Origin: the human T2T-CHM13v2.0 reference genome, Homo sapiens
NCBI RefSeq assembly: GCF_009914755.1
Contig: NC_060929.1
Length of the DNA: 64,000 nt
Strand: one strand, 5' to 3'
Made by a program: the position numbers and the translations under genes. The notes beneath the pieces are model-generated. The model searched no databases and had not been told where the DNA came from. It was given only the letters and a program-made list of their open reading frames with translations. Below, piece by piece: positions 14,343 to 28,035 of this stretch; the first letter of the stretch is position 1; each line of letters opens with the position of its first letter.

Positions 14343-14548
14343 CTTTTTGACATCCATGTCATCCAAGTGGTTTTGGATGAACTGCACAGTGGCATTAAAG
14401 TCCGCTTGGTTAAATTCGTAGGGGATATTCCACCCCAGGGCACCGAACTTGCGCCTCTCCTGGACAGTGGAGTGCAGGAAAGCCACTGCGTACAGCATGG
14501 GCTTCCACTGGGACCCAGAGCTCACGTCCAGCAGGTCTTGGCTGACAC
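14343..14548 (-). CDS. DNAH5: DNAH5 exon ~73 (206 nt): GVSQDLL...[21 protein letters not shown]...DVKK
   Basis: caacAG|GT acceptor, AAG|GTACTG donor. Confidence 0.95.
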
Positions 14549-15909
14549 CTGTTGTGGTCAGTTGGGTGAAAAATGTATCATCTCTCAAATGTCTTTATTT
14601 TCTACTACTTTTATAAGTAATCATTTTTGTAAATCCCTGATATTAAAATTCACTTACTTTGGATTGTTTTTATGACACTCATGTGACAATAATAATTTAA
14701 CTTTTGGGTGTCCAGAGGCCATTTCTCTCTGAAAAATCTTCAAAGAGACTTTGGGGAGGGGAGGAGCTTGCTAACATGGGTCAACTTCCTGCCAATCTAA
14801 CAAGATCATGTGGGGGTAAAATCAAGCTGGAAGGGTAACGACAGTTAAATAAATTCTGCCACTATTACTATAACTACTACTCTATTATTATTACTGTTGT
14901 TTTGAGCATATACTTGGGGCATATACTTTTAACTAATTTTATATTAATTAAGATAGTATATATAGAAGCCCTTTGCACCTGAGTACATGCTCCAAATAAT
15001 AATGATTGATACATATGCATATACTATATTGTATATATAATTAGATTTATTTATTTATTTTTTACTGCCATTATCCTTCCACCTCTCTTTTATCCCCACA
15101 TTATCTTATAGATTGGCAGGAATTTGGGCCTTGTTAGCAACTCCCCAAAAGTCTCTTTGCAGGTTTTCCAGATTGAAATACAATAATTATATTTATTATG
15201 GTTATCAAATACATGATTTTAGTTACAATTTATTTCAATTCTCCTAGAGAGATTCTCTTGTCCCTATTTTATATATGAGAAAATTGAAACTCAGATTGAA
15301 TGACTCACACCCAAAAGAACAAAGTAATTGTCAACAGCAAGGGCCAGAATCAGGATTTCTGACTGAAAGTTCCATGTTCTTTTCATGACCACAAGCCCCA
15401 TACATAAAGCTATGAAGCAGAGGAAGCAATGGCCAAGAGAGCGACCTCAGCCCCAGTCATGATGGGGGCATTTGGGCCTGAGTTTGCTGCCACTGGATTT
15501 TTAACTTAGCTACCTTCTGACATATGGCCCTAATGAAAGGCAGGCAGGCATGACTTTAATTCAGACTCTCCTCTTGGAAGAGACTACTGTACTACTTTAA
15601 GTATGGAGCATAAAGACCATAAATGACAAAATTGTTCATTTTTGATATTAATTATGTCTAGCTGGAGAACAGCATGGGCTTAAATAGGGCAGTACTGGGA
15701 AAATAGGAAACTAGAAGGTGGGAATCATGAGCTCTGATTCTTTCACACTGCCGGGACATATTCACAAAAGAGGACCATCACCTCCCCATCAGGTTAAACA
15801 GTAGTACTATTTGCTATAACTGTATCCTAGCTAATCCTTTTATAATTTTTTTAGGAAAACAATTTAAGTAAGGAAACTCCTGTAGACTCGCAAGTATTTC
15901 TGGACTCAC

Positions 15910-16129
15910 CACTATATGTTCTTTTCAGTCCTGCCCGGAGTCCTTGTGGAGGATCGTTGGCAAATTTAATGGACATCTGAAGGAGTGTAATGGGAAACTG
16001 CTTATGAGCCTCGGTGGTCATCCAGAGGCGGAACGCATCATGTACAAGCTCAGTTTCTATGATTATGTCCATCAGCTCATCCATGAAATCAAGTCCCAGA
16101 TGGCAGTTCTGCAGAAGTGCCCATCCTCC
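15910..16129 (-). CDS. DNAH5: DNAH5 exon ~72 (220 nt), AAA6: [11 protein letters not shown]...FRLWMTTE...KRTYS
   Basis: gacAG|GGA acceptor, AGTG|GTGAGT donor. Confidence 0.95.
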
Positions 16130-17419
16130 CTGTCAATAGCAGTAAACGGAAATTAGGTAGTTTTGTATTTCACCCAAATTCTAAATTATTACATTCTTTA
16201 GAAATTAAGTAATTAAAATTTAATAGGAAAACACTAACCATTTTAAATTAATCCAGGTCAAATCTAAGAAAACAAAAATGTTTAATTGCGATAAGCTATT
16301 TTATTTTTAGTCCATGCATTTGTTCCAGTATACACTAGTATGCAATTGTACCAATACTATATGGTCGCAATCATGAATATAATCAAAGTTAAACATAAAA
16401 GGACTTCCAAGTAAAGATGGCTGATTGAAAACATCCATTTAACTCAGATCCCTCCCCAAATTCCATTAAAACTACAATGAAGAAAATTTTTAAAGGCATG
16501 AACTCTTAAGGACAATGACAGAGAGAGTGAAGGCATTATCATTAACATTTAAAAGAGGTTCAGGAAAGTTGAATCCTAAGCTAGCATTTAGGGAAATCTG
16601 AGATGCAACCTGATTTATACCACATAACTCCCCAAATTCTGCCTGCCTTAATGAAAAATGAGAAGTTGATTTTCTACAGAAGGCAAAACAGGGTCTAGAT
16701 TGGAGGATACCAGCACATTGAGGGAATAGGTACCACACTGAAACCAGGTGAAAGAATGATTGCCTGCTGAATTTTGAGACCTGCTACTTCCTGCCTCCCA
16801 CTAGTTCTCAGAATCCTGGCAACTGAGCATACACCCTTTAGCATGTGGAAGAACCTTCCCTGGGAATCTGACCACACTAAGAAGAGAAAGAGCCTTAGAA
16901 AATAATAAGCCATATATTTTGCCTGAATTATACCATAAGGATAGGAAGGTCTTCGTGTAATGCAACTCAGGCAAAATTGGGGGTCATGTAACAATAATTT
17001 CCTCAATATCTAATCTATAAAATATTTTTGCTAAAATCATCTACAAGATCCAGATCATAATCTTGAGGTGTTTTTCTATAACCCATCTTAGATCACTGAC
17101 TAGAGCTGCATGAGTTGTCTTTCAAAAAGAAAAAACACCAAAAAAAAAAAAAAAACAAGCACTAGATCTAAAGTCTTAGCAGAGTTACACGTAAAACTGA
17201 TAATTTAGAGATTTCACATTTTCCTTATATTTTCTTCAGAAATTTACAGTACTGCTGAATAAGTTATCTAAACATTACCGTTTGAAAATTTCAACTGACA
17301 CCGTCCACAATTCAAAACAAAAAGGAAATTCAATATAAAACACAGCAACTACAAAAAGACTTCAGTTCTTCTCTTTTACCCAGCATAGAAGTGAACCCTG
17401 ACCTGAGTTTCCTTCTTTT

Positions 17420-17700
17420 GTATTTTGCTTTGTTTTGGTTTTTGAGAAAGTGTCTTGTTCTGTCACCCAGGCTGGACTGCAGTGACTGCAGCCTCTACCT
17501 TCCCAGATCAAGTGATCCTCCCACCTCAGACTCCAAAGTAGATGGGCCCACAGGCACAGGCCACCACGTCCAGTTAATTTTTTTTTGTAAAGATGGGGTC
17601 TATGTTGCCCAAGCTGGTCTTGAACTCCTGAGCTCAAGCAATCCTTAGCCTCGGCCTCCCAAAGTGCTGAGATTACAGTTGTGAGGCATTGCACCCAGGT
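17420..17700 (-). mobile_element. AluJ-like, internally deleted
   Basis: ctcaagcaatcct and gttgcccaagctggtcttgaactcctgagctc. Confidence 0.85.
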
Positions 17701-18027
17701 GATCTAAACTTCTTAGGTGAGAACTCTGATATTCCATCTTCACCCACAGAATCCCATTTCTTTGGGATTCCATTCTCTGCATTAAATGTTTTGTTTTCAT
17801 CTAACTGAGTAGACCATCCACTTTGCTATCCTTGGGTAGTTGATTTATTTGCCACATTGCCTCAAAAGTTTCAATGTTAGCTTAAATTTAAAAAAAAAAC
17901 GCTGTTTAGTAAACAGCAGGCAGCATGTAAATTTAAACTCCTAATGATTTATATTTTTCTTCTGCATTGCTATTCTATAACCTGTAATATGAACAGCATG
18001 GCACAAAAGTAGACTATTCAGCCTTAC

Positions 18028-18273
18028 GTTCGCCATGGTCTGCTGCAAGAGCTTCCGAGCATGGACTTCCTGGCCCTGGCCCATGGACACATAACGGGTT
18101 TCTATTTTTAATCTCTTCCCCAAGGCAATGATGGAATCTGTGGGGTCTGAGCCCATAGACAGGAGACAGATGAGTGGCGTCCGTGGATCAGATTCCTCCC
18201 ACGTCTTCTCCAAGTCTAAAATAACACCTTCGGCATATTTTTCTCCCATGGAGTCCACGATGTACTTGCGGGC
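18028..18273 (-). CDS. DNAH5: DNAH5 exon ~71 (246 nt), AAA6: [10 protein letters not shown]...SMGQGQE...TMAN
   Basis: ggcAG|GCC acceptor, AAC|GTAAGG donor. Confidence 0.95.
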
Positions 18274-19129
18274 CTGCCAAAAACAGTATACAAGTCAGTA
18301 AAAGTCATTCCAACTCTTTCATGTAGATAATGTAGTGTGGTTTCCAAAATTCATTTTTGTAATTATCTCAGTGATGTCCACAGTAACCCTGTCAGGCAAA
18401 CAGGGTAGAGACTGTTTTTCATATTTGTTTGTTTATATCTCCATTCTATAGGTGGGAAAACTGTGTTGCTTACCCAGTACAAAATCAGAGTGTCAAAAGA
18501 ACCAAAGTTGTATGACTCCTGGTTTGAAACCCATTTCAATATACTGCTTGCTTCCTGCTAGACCAGAAAATAAAAATACTGGGAAACTATTGTTTAGGAT
18601 GCTCTAAGGCAAATATATTTGCATTTAAATAATCAAGTAAGCAACACAATACCTAGAATGTAATGGGTACTGATTAAATAGATAATTATTGAGTGACTAT
18701 TTTTATGAAATATATTGGATATTTGTTGAATGAATGAATTAGTTTTTAAAGATTTAATCCATAATCTCTCTCCTCATCATTGTCGTCATTCCTTCCCACA
18801 TTTGGCTCATCCCTTTACTGTTAATTTTGTTTTGAATGAAATCCATACTCGAAATATCACAGATTTTGTCAACTTTATTACAACCATAGAAAAAAATTAT
18901 GGTAACAACAAAGTCCTTTTTCAAATGAGGTAAAAGAGTTATAATTTATTTTTCAACAAATGGTATTGTGAATATGATCCTTAGTCTATATTCTCCACCT
19001 TCTAAATAATTAAATTCCCTCAAAAACATTTTTCCTCCTATTCTGGTGGTCTTCTTCCACCTTAGATGGGTAAAACCCAAGTTTCTCTCCCCAGCAGCAT
19101 TCTCCACAATAATCATTTTCACATAACTT

Positions 19130-20480
19130 AGGCGTGGGTGCAACATGACCTGCAACTCTCCCAAGGGCTAGGCAGGTGAGCCTCCCCACTCCAATTCCCG
19201 GAGAAACACAAAACAGCTTCAGATGGAGCTTCCCTTGAATCAGACAGATTTCAGATAGACCCGGATCAAAGGGGAGCCAGAGCTGGTTCAGTCATTATCC
19301 TTGACTTTAAAACATCAGAGTTTGATTTACAGCCAGTAATCTGGGCTCATCCCTCATCTTCGATATCTTGCTATCCCCTATTCATCCTCAAAATGTACCC
19401 CAAGCATCTGAGCTTACAAATTGGTGCGATGTTTCCCACTTGTGTTTGCCCTCTTTTGTGGGTTACAATGAGAGAGAAGTGGCCACCACAGAGGAATCTC
19501 CTGGCTTACTACGTCCTCTCATAGCTTGGTAAGAGAGGTACAATGGGTGCCACATGAGTCTAGACTGTTGAACGACTGGCTTGGTCCTACTTTCTGATTC
19601 CACCTGGTGTGTGGAGACTTCTCAAACAAGCTTCATCATTCATATAGCCAGGTAAAGAGTGTCTGAAAATTGGTCATCAGGGAACGTCCATCTTCCTCAT
19701 GAGAGTGCAAAACACAAAAAGAGGAGCATTTACATTCCCTAACTCATACCAGCTAATTCAGAAACAGCTGGACCATTTTACTGTGGATCTCTTCTCCTTC
19801 TTCTAAAGTCATAATCCTCCTCATAATGTCCATTCCCCCATACCAATGGCAGATTAAGAGGCATGCCAACTTTGTAGAATACACAGGATTTCTGCCTTGG
19901 CAACTATTTCTAGATGGCTTTGGGGAAAGACCTCTACCTGGTTTCCCAAAGGAACAAGAAATGGTGGTCAGGCCCTCTTTGACAGGACTAGGCCACTGGC
20001 AATGAAATGACCAAACAGCACCTTGGCCCCTCACTCACAGAGAGGCTCACCCCTTCTGACCTTCCTCTCTATTAGTTCAGTGCCTGGGAAGTTTTGAGGA
20101 GGTGAATTTCAGTCCAGTTGAATTTGAGGCACAGGATGCTATTTATTTTCATACCTCTCAATACTTTTTCTAGGTTGGACAGATCCAATATCTAAATCTC
20201 TAACTTGCATATAAAAGCCTACATATTTTTCTACAGCCTCTGGCAGGTGTTTAATAAGTTTGCCTGATATGTTCTTTGACTTCCCCAAATGTCTACTCCA
20301 TGTACACATTCAGTCACAGTCACTGAAGCAGGGAGTCCTGTGATCAGGAAGGACTTCAAAGGCTGGACACTGAGGCATTCCACAGTTGCAGCTGTTTCTC
20401 AGCCACATGTTCCGCCATCACTGCATCTCTATAGTGCAACTCATCAAGATTCAAGTACTTTCTACCCCAAGATAGCAAGG
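19130..20480 (-). mobile_element. Decayed Ty3/Gypsy internal region (PNMA-like gag, CCHC knuckle, RT/RNase H remnants); possibly MamGyp-int class
   Basis: Collinear frameshifted peptides VECLS/PAFEVL, VTVTECV..FG, LNTCQ/EAVEK/AFICKLE, LEKVLRG, PPQNF, degenerate CCHC, NAP, YMND, LGYIL, LKSRIMTEPALA. Confidence 0.7.
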
Positions 20481-20559
20481 GGCTCAACATGGCCAGTTCT
20501 GCCATATAACTCAGCATTGACCCAGTTCAGGTATTACCATCCAAGCCATGAGCTAACAT

Positions 20560-20871
20560 GTTAGAATACTATGGGGCCAGATGGTAAATATTTTAGACTT
20601 TGGTGGCCAAATCATCTCTATTGCAACTATTCAACTCCGCCATTGTTGCACAAAAGCAGTCATAGGCACACAAATAAAAAGCATGGCTATGTTCCAATAA
20701 ATTGTTAGAGACACTGAAATGTGAAAGTTATACAATCTTCACTTATCACAAAATATTAGTCTTCTGGTGATTTTTTTCAGGCATTTAAAAATATAATTCT
20801 TAAGTCACCAGCTGAGCATAAACAGACAGTTGGCCAAATGTTGTTGGCAGGCCCTAGTTTGCCAACCTCTG
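20560..20871. mobile_element. MER58 (hAT-Charlie) fossil
   Basis: ggccagatggtaaatattttagacttt...tagtttgccaacctctg. Confidence 0.75.
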
Positions 20872-21224
20872 GAATAGATAACCACAGGGAAGGCTGCTTC
20901 ACTTATATCTGGAGAAGGGACCTTTGGTCATAATTCCAGTTCCTGGGCGGGGACATTCTTAAATAGGGTCACAGTCATGGTTCAAATTGGCTCCAAGCCT
21001 AAGGGTTGTAATGAGTCTGTGGGGCAAATGTGTAATATGCAAGGATGCTCAGCAATCCCAGGGAAGGCCCCACTGCGGTAGGCATGGATCTGAAACCAGA
21101 TATGCATGCATTAGAAAGAGTACATTTCTTCATCTTCTTTTCTCCAACTTCAACCCAACACCCTGCATTATCTCACCAGCCAGCAGGACAATAATTCCAG
21201 GCATTACTCGGTCTCCCCATCTTC

Positions 21225-22012
21225 TCAAAGTTTTGGGAGCCCATCCCTTGCACCAGTGTGCCTTGGATGCAGGACACGGGGTCAAAGGAAATTATTTTGG
21301 AGATTCAAGATTTAAGGACTGCCCTGCTGTGTTTCAGACTTGCATAGGGCCTACTATTCCTTTCTTTTGGCCAATTTCTCCCTTCTGGAATGGTAATATT
21401 TACCCAATGCCTTACTACCATTGTATCTTGGGAGTAAATAATGTGTTTTGATTTTACAGGCTCACAGGTGGGAGGAGATGAGTCTCAGAGAGACTTAGGA
21501 CTTTGGACTTGATGCTGTAACAAGTTAAGACTTTAGGGGACAGTTAGGAAGAGATGATTGTATTTTGCAATGTAAGAAGGACATGGGATTTGAGGGGCCA
21601 TGGGAGGAATAATATAGTTTGAATGTTTGCCCCCTTCAAATCTCATGTTGAAATGTAATCCCCAGTGATGAAAGTGGGGCCTGGTGGGAGGTGTTTGGGT
21701 CATAGAGGTGAGTCCCTCATGAATGGCTTGGTGCTGTACTCATGAGAGTGAGTGAGTTCTTCCCAGATCTGGTTGTTTAAAAGTATGCAGCATCTCCCCC
21801 ACTCTCTTGCTCTGGCTCTCGCCATATGACATGCCAGCTCCTCCTTCACCTTCTGCCATGATTGAAAGTTTCCTGAAGCCTCACCAGAAGCTGAGCAGAT
21901 GCCAGCCCCATGCTTCCTGTACAACCTGCAGAACCATGAGCCAATTAAACCTCTTTTCTTTATAAATTACCCAGTCTCAGATATTTATTTATAGCAACGC
22001 ACAAACTAACAA
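21225..22012 (+). mobile_element. MST (MaLR) internal 3' fragment plus LTR (LTR from ~21610)
   Basis: ggggtcaaaggaaattattttggag MaLR-int motif, purine tract, then LTR ending aaattacccagtctcagatattt. Confidence 0.85.
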
Positions 22013-22691
22013 ACCATGTTAGATAATTCACCTCATGCAACAGATATAAACCTTGGTCCATGACCCTCTCCTCTGTCCCAGGCAGTGCAACAGGTTTTAG
22101 GAACAGATCAGTGGACAAATGGCCCAGCCCTTATGAAGCTTGCCCCCCACCTCCATGCCAGGATGAGACATACATTGAGCAAGTAATAGCAAAATAACTA
22201 GTTTGAAGGATTTATGACTTGCAGGGTGACATGAAAGTATGAAACTGATTAATCTTGCAGGAATATGTCAGAGAAGGCTCCCTTGTGAAAGAAGCATTTA
22301 AGCTGTTGCTTGGATGATGAGTGGGATTTACTGAGGCAAAGAGGACAGCTAAGTGGGTCAGAGCATGTGCATTCTATGCAGAAGAAACATATGCAGAGAC
22401 CCTGAAGGAGCAAAGAGCAAGTCACTGGCTAGGGACAGGAGGACACCCATAATAACTGATGTAAGAGTTAATTCAGGTGTGGCAAGCCAGGTTTCTGCAC
22501 AGCCTGCCAGCCTTTAAAGAAAGCCAACACCCCACTGTGGAGTGCTGCATTTTCATACACTGCTCTTCACACAGCTCTGCAGAACTTGTTCATCCCAATA
22601 TGTGGTCCCAATGCAACAGATTCAGCCTTTCAATGGGGGAGAAAATGAACAAATAACCTGCACACCTGTGCCAACCTCCCTTTGTTGAGTA

Positions 22692-22979
<288 letters not shown>

Positions 22980-24534
22980 TGTTGAGGATTTTTAAGACAC
23001 AAATGTGTACCTCTCAGGAGACACACTCGGACAGTGCAGCATTTTTGCAATCAGGCATGCACAGATGTGGACAGTCACACTCAGCCAAAATGCAGAGAAT
23101 AAGAAATGCATATAGCCTGATGCTGCCTATGGGGAATGGGATTGAATGTATCTACATTGTAGACCTACTAATATGCTTCCCAGAAAGTTGTCAGGTTGAA
23201 AATCACAAAAGGATTCTAAAAGGAGAATAAGAACTTGAGAGAACATTTATCCAACAGGCCTTCTAAACCTTGTTTAGGACCTGGGCACTATAAGGGCCAT
23301 GGGCAGATACTGCAGGACTTGAAAAGCCAATGAATGGCACCATATTTGCATTTCTTCTAGTGTGTGCAGAGTAGACTAGAGTATACAAGAAGAAATGTAA
23401 GGAGAACAGGTATGAGGCCATGGCTGTGGTAAGTCCAGGGATCGGAGAAGCTAAAGGGATCGGATGAAGATAAAGTTACAAAAAAGAGTTACTTAAATTT
23501 CAGCATTGAAGCAAATATAGCTTTCTATGGAAAAAGATAAGAAAGAGACTACTCAAACATTTCTTTCCACAGTGTCCTTAAATAAGGCAACCATTTCACA
23601 ATTCAGTTGGGCAGGATAAAAGTAATGAAACTGAGAAGAAAAACTGAAAGGAAAGGTGATCTCAGTGCCCCGAACTGTGAAACTCATTTTTCTTTTCTCA
23701 ATAAATCATTGAATCTGGTTGTTTTCATGATTCCACAGTACCTAAGTGGACTTGGAGGTAGTTACTCCATAAGTTTTTAACACTCCCTCTGGAGAATGAA
23801 GGAGAAAATATCTTACATTCTATTATAAACCCAAGGCTATTGCTACTCCACAGCTCATTTGGAAAAGCCCTTAAGGAGTCAACCTGGGCTGAATATCAGC
23901 GTTAAACTTTTCATCATAAAGGCAAGACACAAGTCTCTTTAGTGGGTAAAGTCCCATGATACTAAGCCAGCAAATTAAAGGTCTTTAAACAGATGAATCA
24001 TCTGGAGGCAGGATTCACATTTAAACCATATGTGAAATTCAGTTGTAAGACAACCTTACTGACATCTAGAGCTGTGACATTTTTCTGGGGAAATGACTAT
24101 GGTTTGGGCACACTGTCCTTCCCCCACTCTCTTCACCCTAATGCCTTTATGTTCTTCCTGCTTTCAGAAACACTGTTTTACTACCAGCAAAATGGAGCAG
24201 CCATATAATCTTTGATTGAATATAAAATGATATAAAAGAATAACGCATTACCTGTATGTTATACCTATTTGCCAACCTTAGAATCATGGTTTTCTCATTT
24301 ACTCCTATTGTAGCCATAGGTCAGAAAAAGTTACTAAATCACTTAGCCCAAACATATGCCTCAAGACATCTATTTGTTTACTTTTCCATTTTTCACACAT
24401 ATTGCTAGAAAATCACACAGAGGCCTACAAGAAAATTCTCACTGGAATTCACATTTAAAATATTTTTTTTAATTTAAAAGAAAATTCTCTTTAAAAATAT
24501 TCTCTCATTTTTCTCTTTAATATGGACTTTTTAC

Positions 24535-24684
24535 CTGGGCGATGGTTCTGTCAGGACACCAGGATCTAATAAGGAGAAGACGTCTGAAGCAGTCAAGAGA
24601 TTTATCATAGGCATTTGGAAGAGGTTCCTCCTCCGGGTTTTCCTTATCAAACCAAATTTTCCACATTTTCTCATTTCTCGATAT
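24535..24684 (-). CDS. DNAH5: DNAH5 exon ~70 (150 nt): ISRNEKMW...[12 protein letters not shown]
   Basis: tttcAG|ATA acceptor, CAG|GTAAAA donor. Confidence 0.95.
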
Positions 24685-26466
24685 CTGAAAATACCATGGG
24701 ATAAAAACTGTGTCATGCCACCCAACAATCTTTCAGTAACAGGTCATAGATATGTTTCATCAAACCTCTGACCTCTCCAGATATGTGTAAATTATATTCC
24801 TTGGCTATTTTTTTATTTTATATTATAGAAAGTTTGACAGTGTAAAATCTAATGTCATTTGCTCCAAAGTCAGTCTATACTAACATCAGCCTACAACTAC
24901 ATTTCAAAGTAGGGAGAGTCGTGGGATATTTAATTTCTTCTATGCCTTTGTGGTAACAAATTTGTAAAGAATACAACAAAATCAATGGAAATTCATTTTC
25001 ATTATTTCAACGAAGTCCGATTTGCTCCACAAAATCTTCTCATGTCAGGAACCAAATCTCATTCACTTACGTTTCCTCATTTCCCAGGACCACTCCTGAC
25101 CCAAAAGAAGACATTTAACACATGTTTATTATTGAATGAACAGCTTTTTGATCAATACTCTATTAATCTAGAGTAATTGGAAATACGCCAGTTAATATCA
25201 TCAAATGAATGATCAGACACCTGCTACCCTTAGGCAACTGGGAAAGAGTAAAAGGACATAGTACATTATCCTCTGCAGCTTAAAACACCAAAGAGAGGCA
25301 GGAATTACATGGTAAGCAGATCAGAAACACTGAACAAACAAATAATGTCTACAGATAAATATCATCTTATGTTATCTGGTATATTCCTTTTCATCAAGGG
25401 TTCCAATGTCTTTCTTGGGATATAATCAAAGGCAAATCATTCCAGGTTCATATTTAGAAAGTACCATGTAAGAATAAAAATAATAACTTCTTTCGATCTT
25501 GAAAGACTACTTAATATTGAGGGGTTTCGTGCATAAGATATCATCTCCAGAAGGTAGCAACTTCAATATCAATGGTCTAGGCAAGGCCACTGGGGGTAAT
25601 CCTATTGGGGAATAACCCGAAAGAATGGTTTGTACCCCTAAGTACATGGTAGTAATAATAAACACCACCAGTGATAAGCCAAAACATAAAAGGATAGCAG
25701 AACATAAGCAAATGGTCAACTTAAACTGAGGAAGTCAAGAACCAACTTTAAGACATTTCCTCGTCAAAAAAAGCCTTCAACTTATAGCTGGATAAAGCCA
25801 CCCTGCTGCCAAACTCATTTCTCTATGGTCACCTGATTTTCAATAACCTGTTTCTTGGCTTGTCCCAATTCAATTCTCTACACCCAACTTCCATGATTCC
25901 AGAACATGCAAAGTTCATCAGGAGCTGGCTGATTCTAGAAAGATGATAACTTCTAAAGATAAGAGGCCAAGTGTTTACAGGAGATTCATACCCAGGTGCC
26001 TAACTAAGTCAAATAATGGGAAGGGCAGGAGAGGAAGAAGAAGAAGAGGGAGAGAAACAAGAGGCAAGAAAGGAAATTTAGCATTTAGAGGCAAGCTGTT
26101 CATATGTCTTTTCATTTAACCTCTAGAAAGAAGGAAAAGGCTTTTTAAGTCTATCTAATTATTTAATCTAATTGGATCTATCAGTTTTTCTACTTGTGGA
26201 CATCCAATTGGTGATACTAACATATGGCCCAGGATGGCACTGGTTAAAGTTCCTGGGCACATTTCTACCTGCAAGATCAGTTAACGATGAGCAGAGAATG
26301 CCTTATCAGAGTGTAAGTGTGCTTTCAAGAAGGTCAAGCACATGTAATACCATTTTAAGAGTGACAATATTAAGAACTATCTCTCTTCCACAAATATTGT
26401 ACCTAGTGATAAATCAGAAAGCTGCTCAACATGACATCAGCTTAAGTTGATTCAAAGCACAGTTAC

Positions 26467-26588
26467 CTGGTCAAGGACATCTGAAAACTGTCTGAGTTTG
26501 CTAAGTTCCACCAAATTCAGCCATGTTATGTCCAGGATCCATTTTGATGGTTTTGGAGGACAAGCTTTAAGGTCTAATGAGGCACCTC
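26467..26588 (-). CDS. DNAH5: DNAH5 exon ~69 (122 nt): [14 protein letters not shown]...DVLDQ
   Basis: tttaaAG|GA acceptor, CAG|GTAACT donor. Confidence 0.93.
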
Positions 26589-27415
26589 CTTTAAAATTAA
26601 ATATTAAATTATCAGATTTCCCTTCCTTCACTGTAAAACAATCTATTTAGTAAAATTTGTATTATTTTAATTTCAGTTATTTTACTACTTTCACTTTTTT
26701 AAGCACAGAAATATAAATCATAGTGAGAAACATGCAACATTTAATAAATCAATAGATAATTTTAGAAAAAACTCATTTAATCATCAGTAATATAACTTTG
26801 GAACCAGGCAGATGCTGGATTCTGTCCTAGCTTCCCCTGGACAAGGTCTGAGACAAGCCATTTCATTTGTCTAGGTCTCTAATTCCAAATTAGTAAAATA
26901 AGAATAATTAAACCTGTGTCACAATGTATGCGTGTAAAGCACACAAAACAGGATAGAGGACATGGCAGAGGGTCACTAAATGAGCATCAATTTTCAATAT
27001 TAAGAATTGCCCAATATTAGCACAAGCTAATATTCAATACACACTTTATCTAGAAATGTTAGTAGTACTAGATGTTTGAAGGATTCTCTTCTATAAATCA
27101 GTATATTACTTACATCTACCTTGAACACACCCCAAGGGTTCCATGCTGTATCACTTATGCCTGTGGTTATACCCTAAGCTAACCACAACAAACATTTCCA
27201 TTTGGTACTGACCCTTATCTTTTTACTGATGATTTACCAAAGCTCATGTAACCCACGTAACTCTGACAGCAATGTAACAAAAATGACACCTTAAAAATGT
27301 TTTTGTTGTCCACTTCAGAACAACTGAATGTGTGAGCAATCGTTATTTTAAGAAAGAGTTAAGAATAAAGGATAAAGTTAAGAATTAAGGATAAAATATA
27401 CTATTTAATAAATAA

Positions 27416-28035
<620 letters not shown>

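Noticed and set aside
26586-26591. NAGNAG tandem acceptor (AAG GAG) at exon 69
   Set aside because: Distal GAG acceptors are rarely used and there is no evidence of use.
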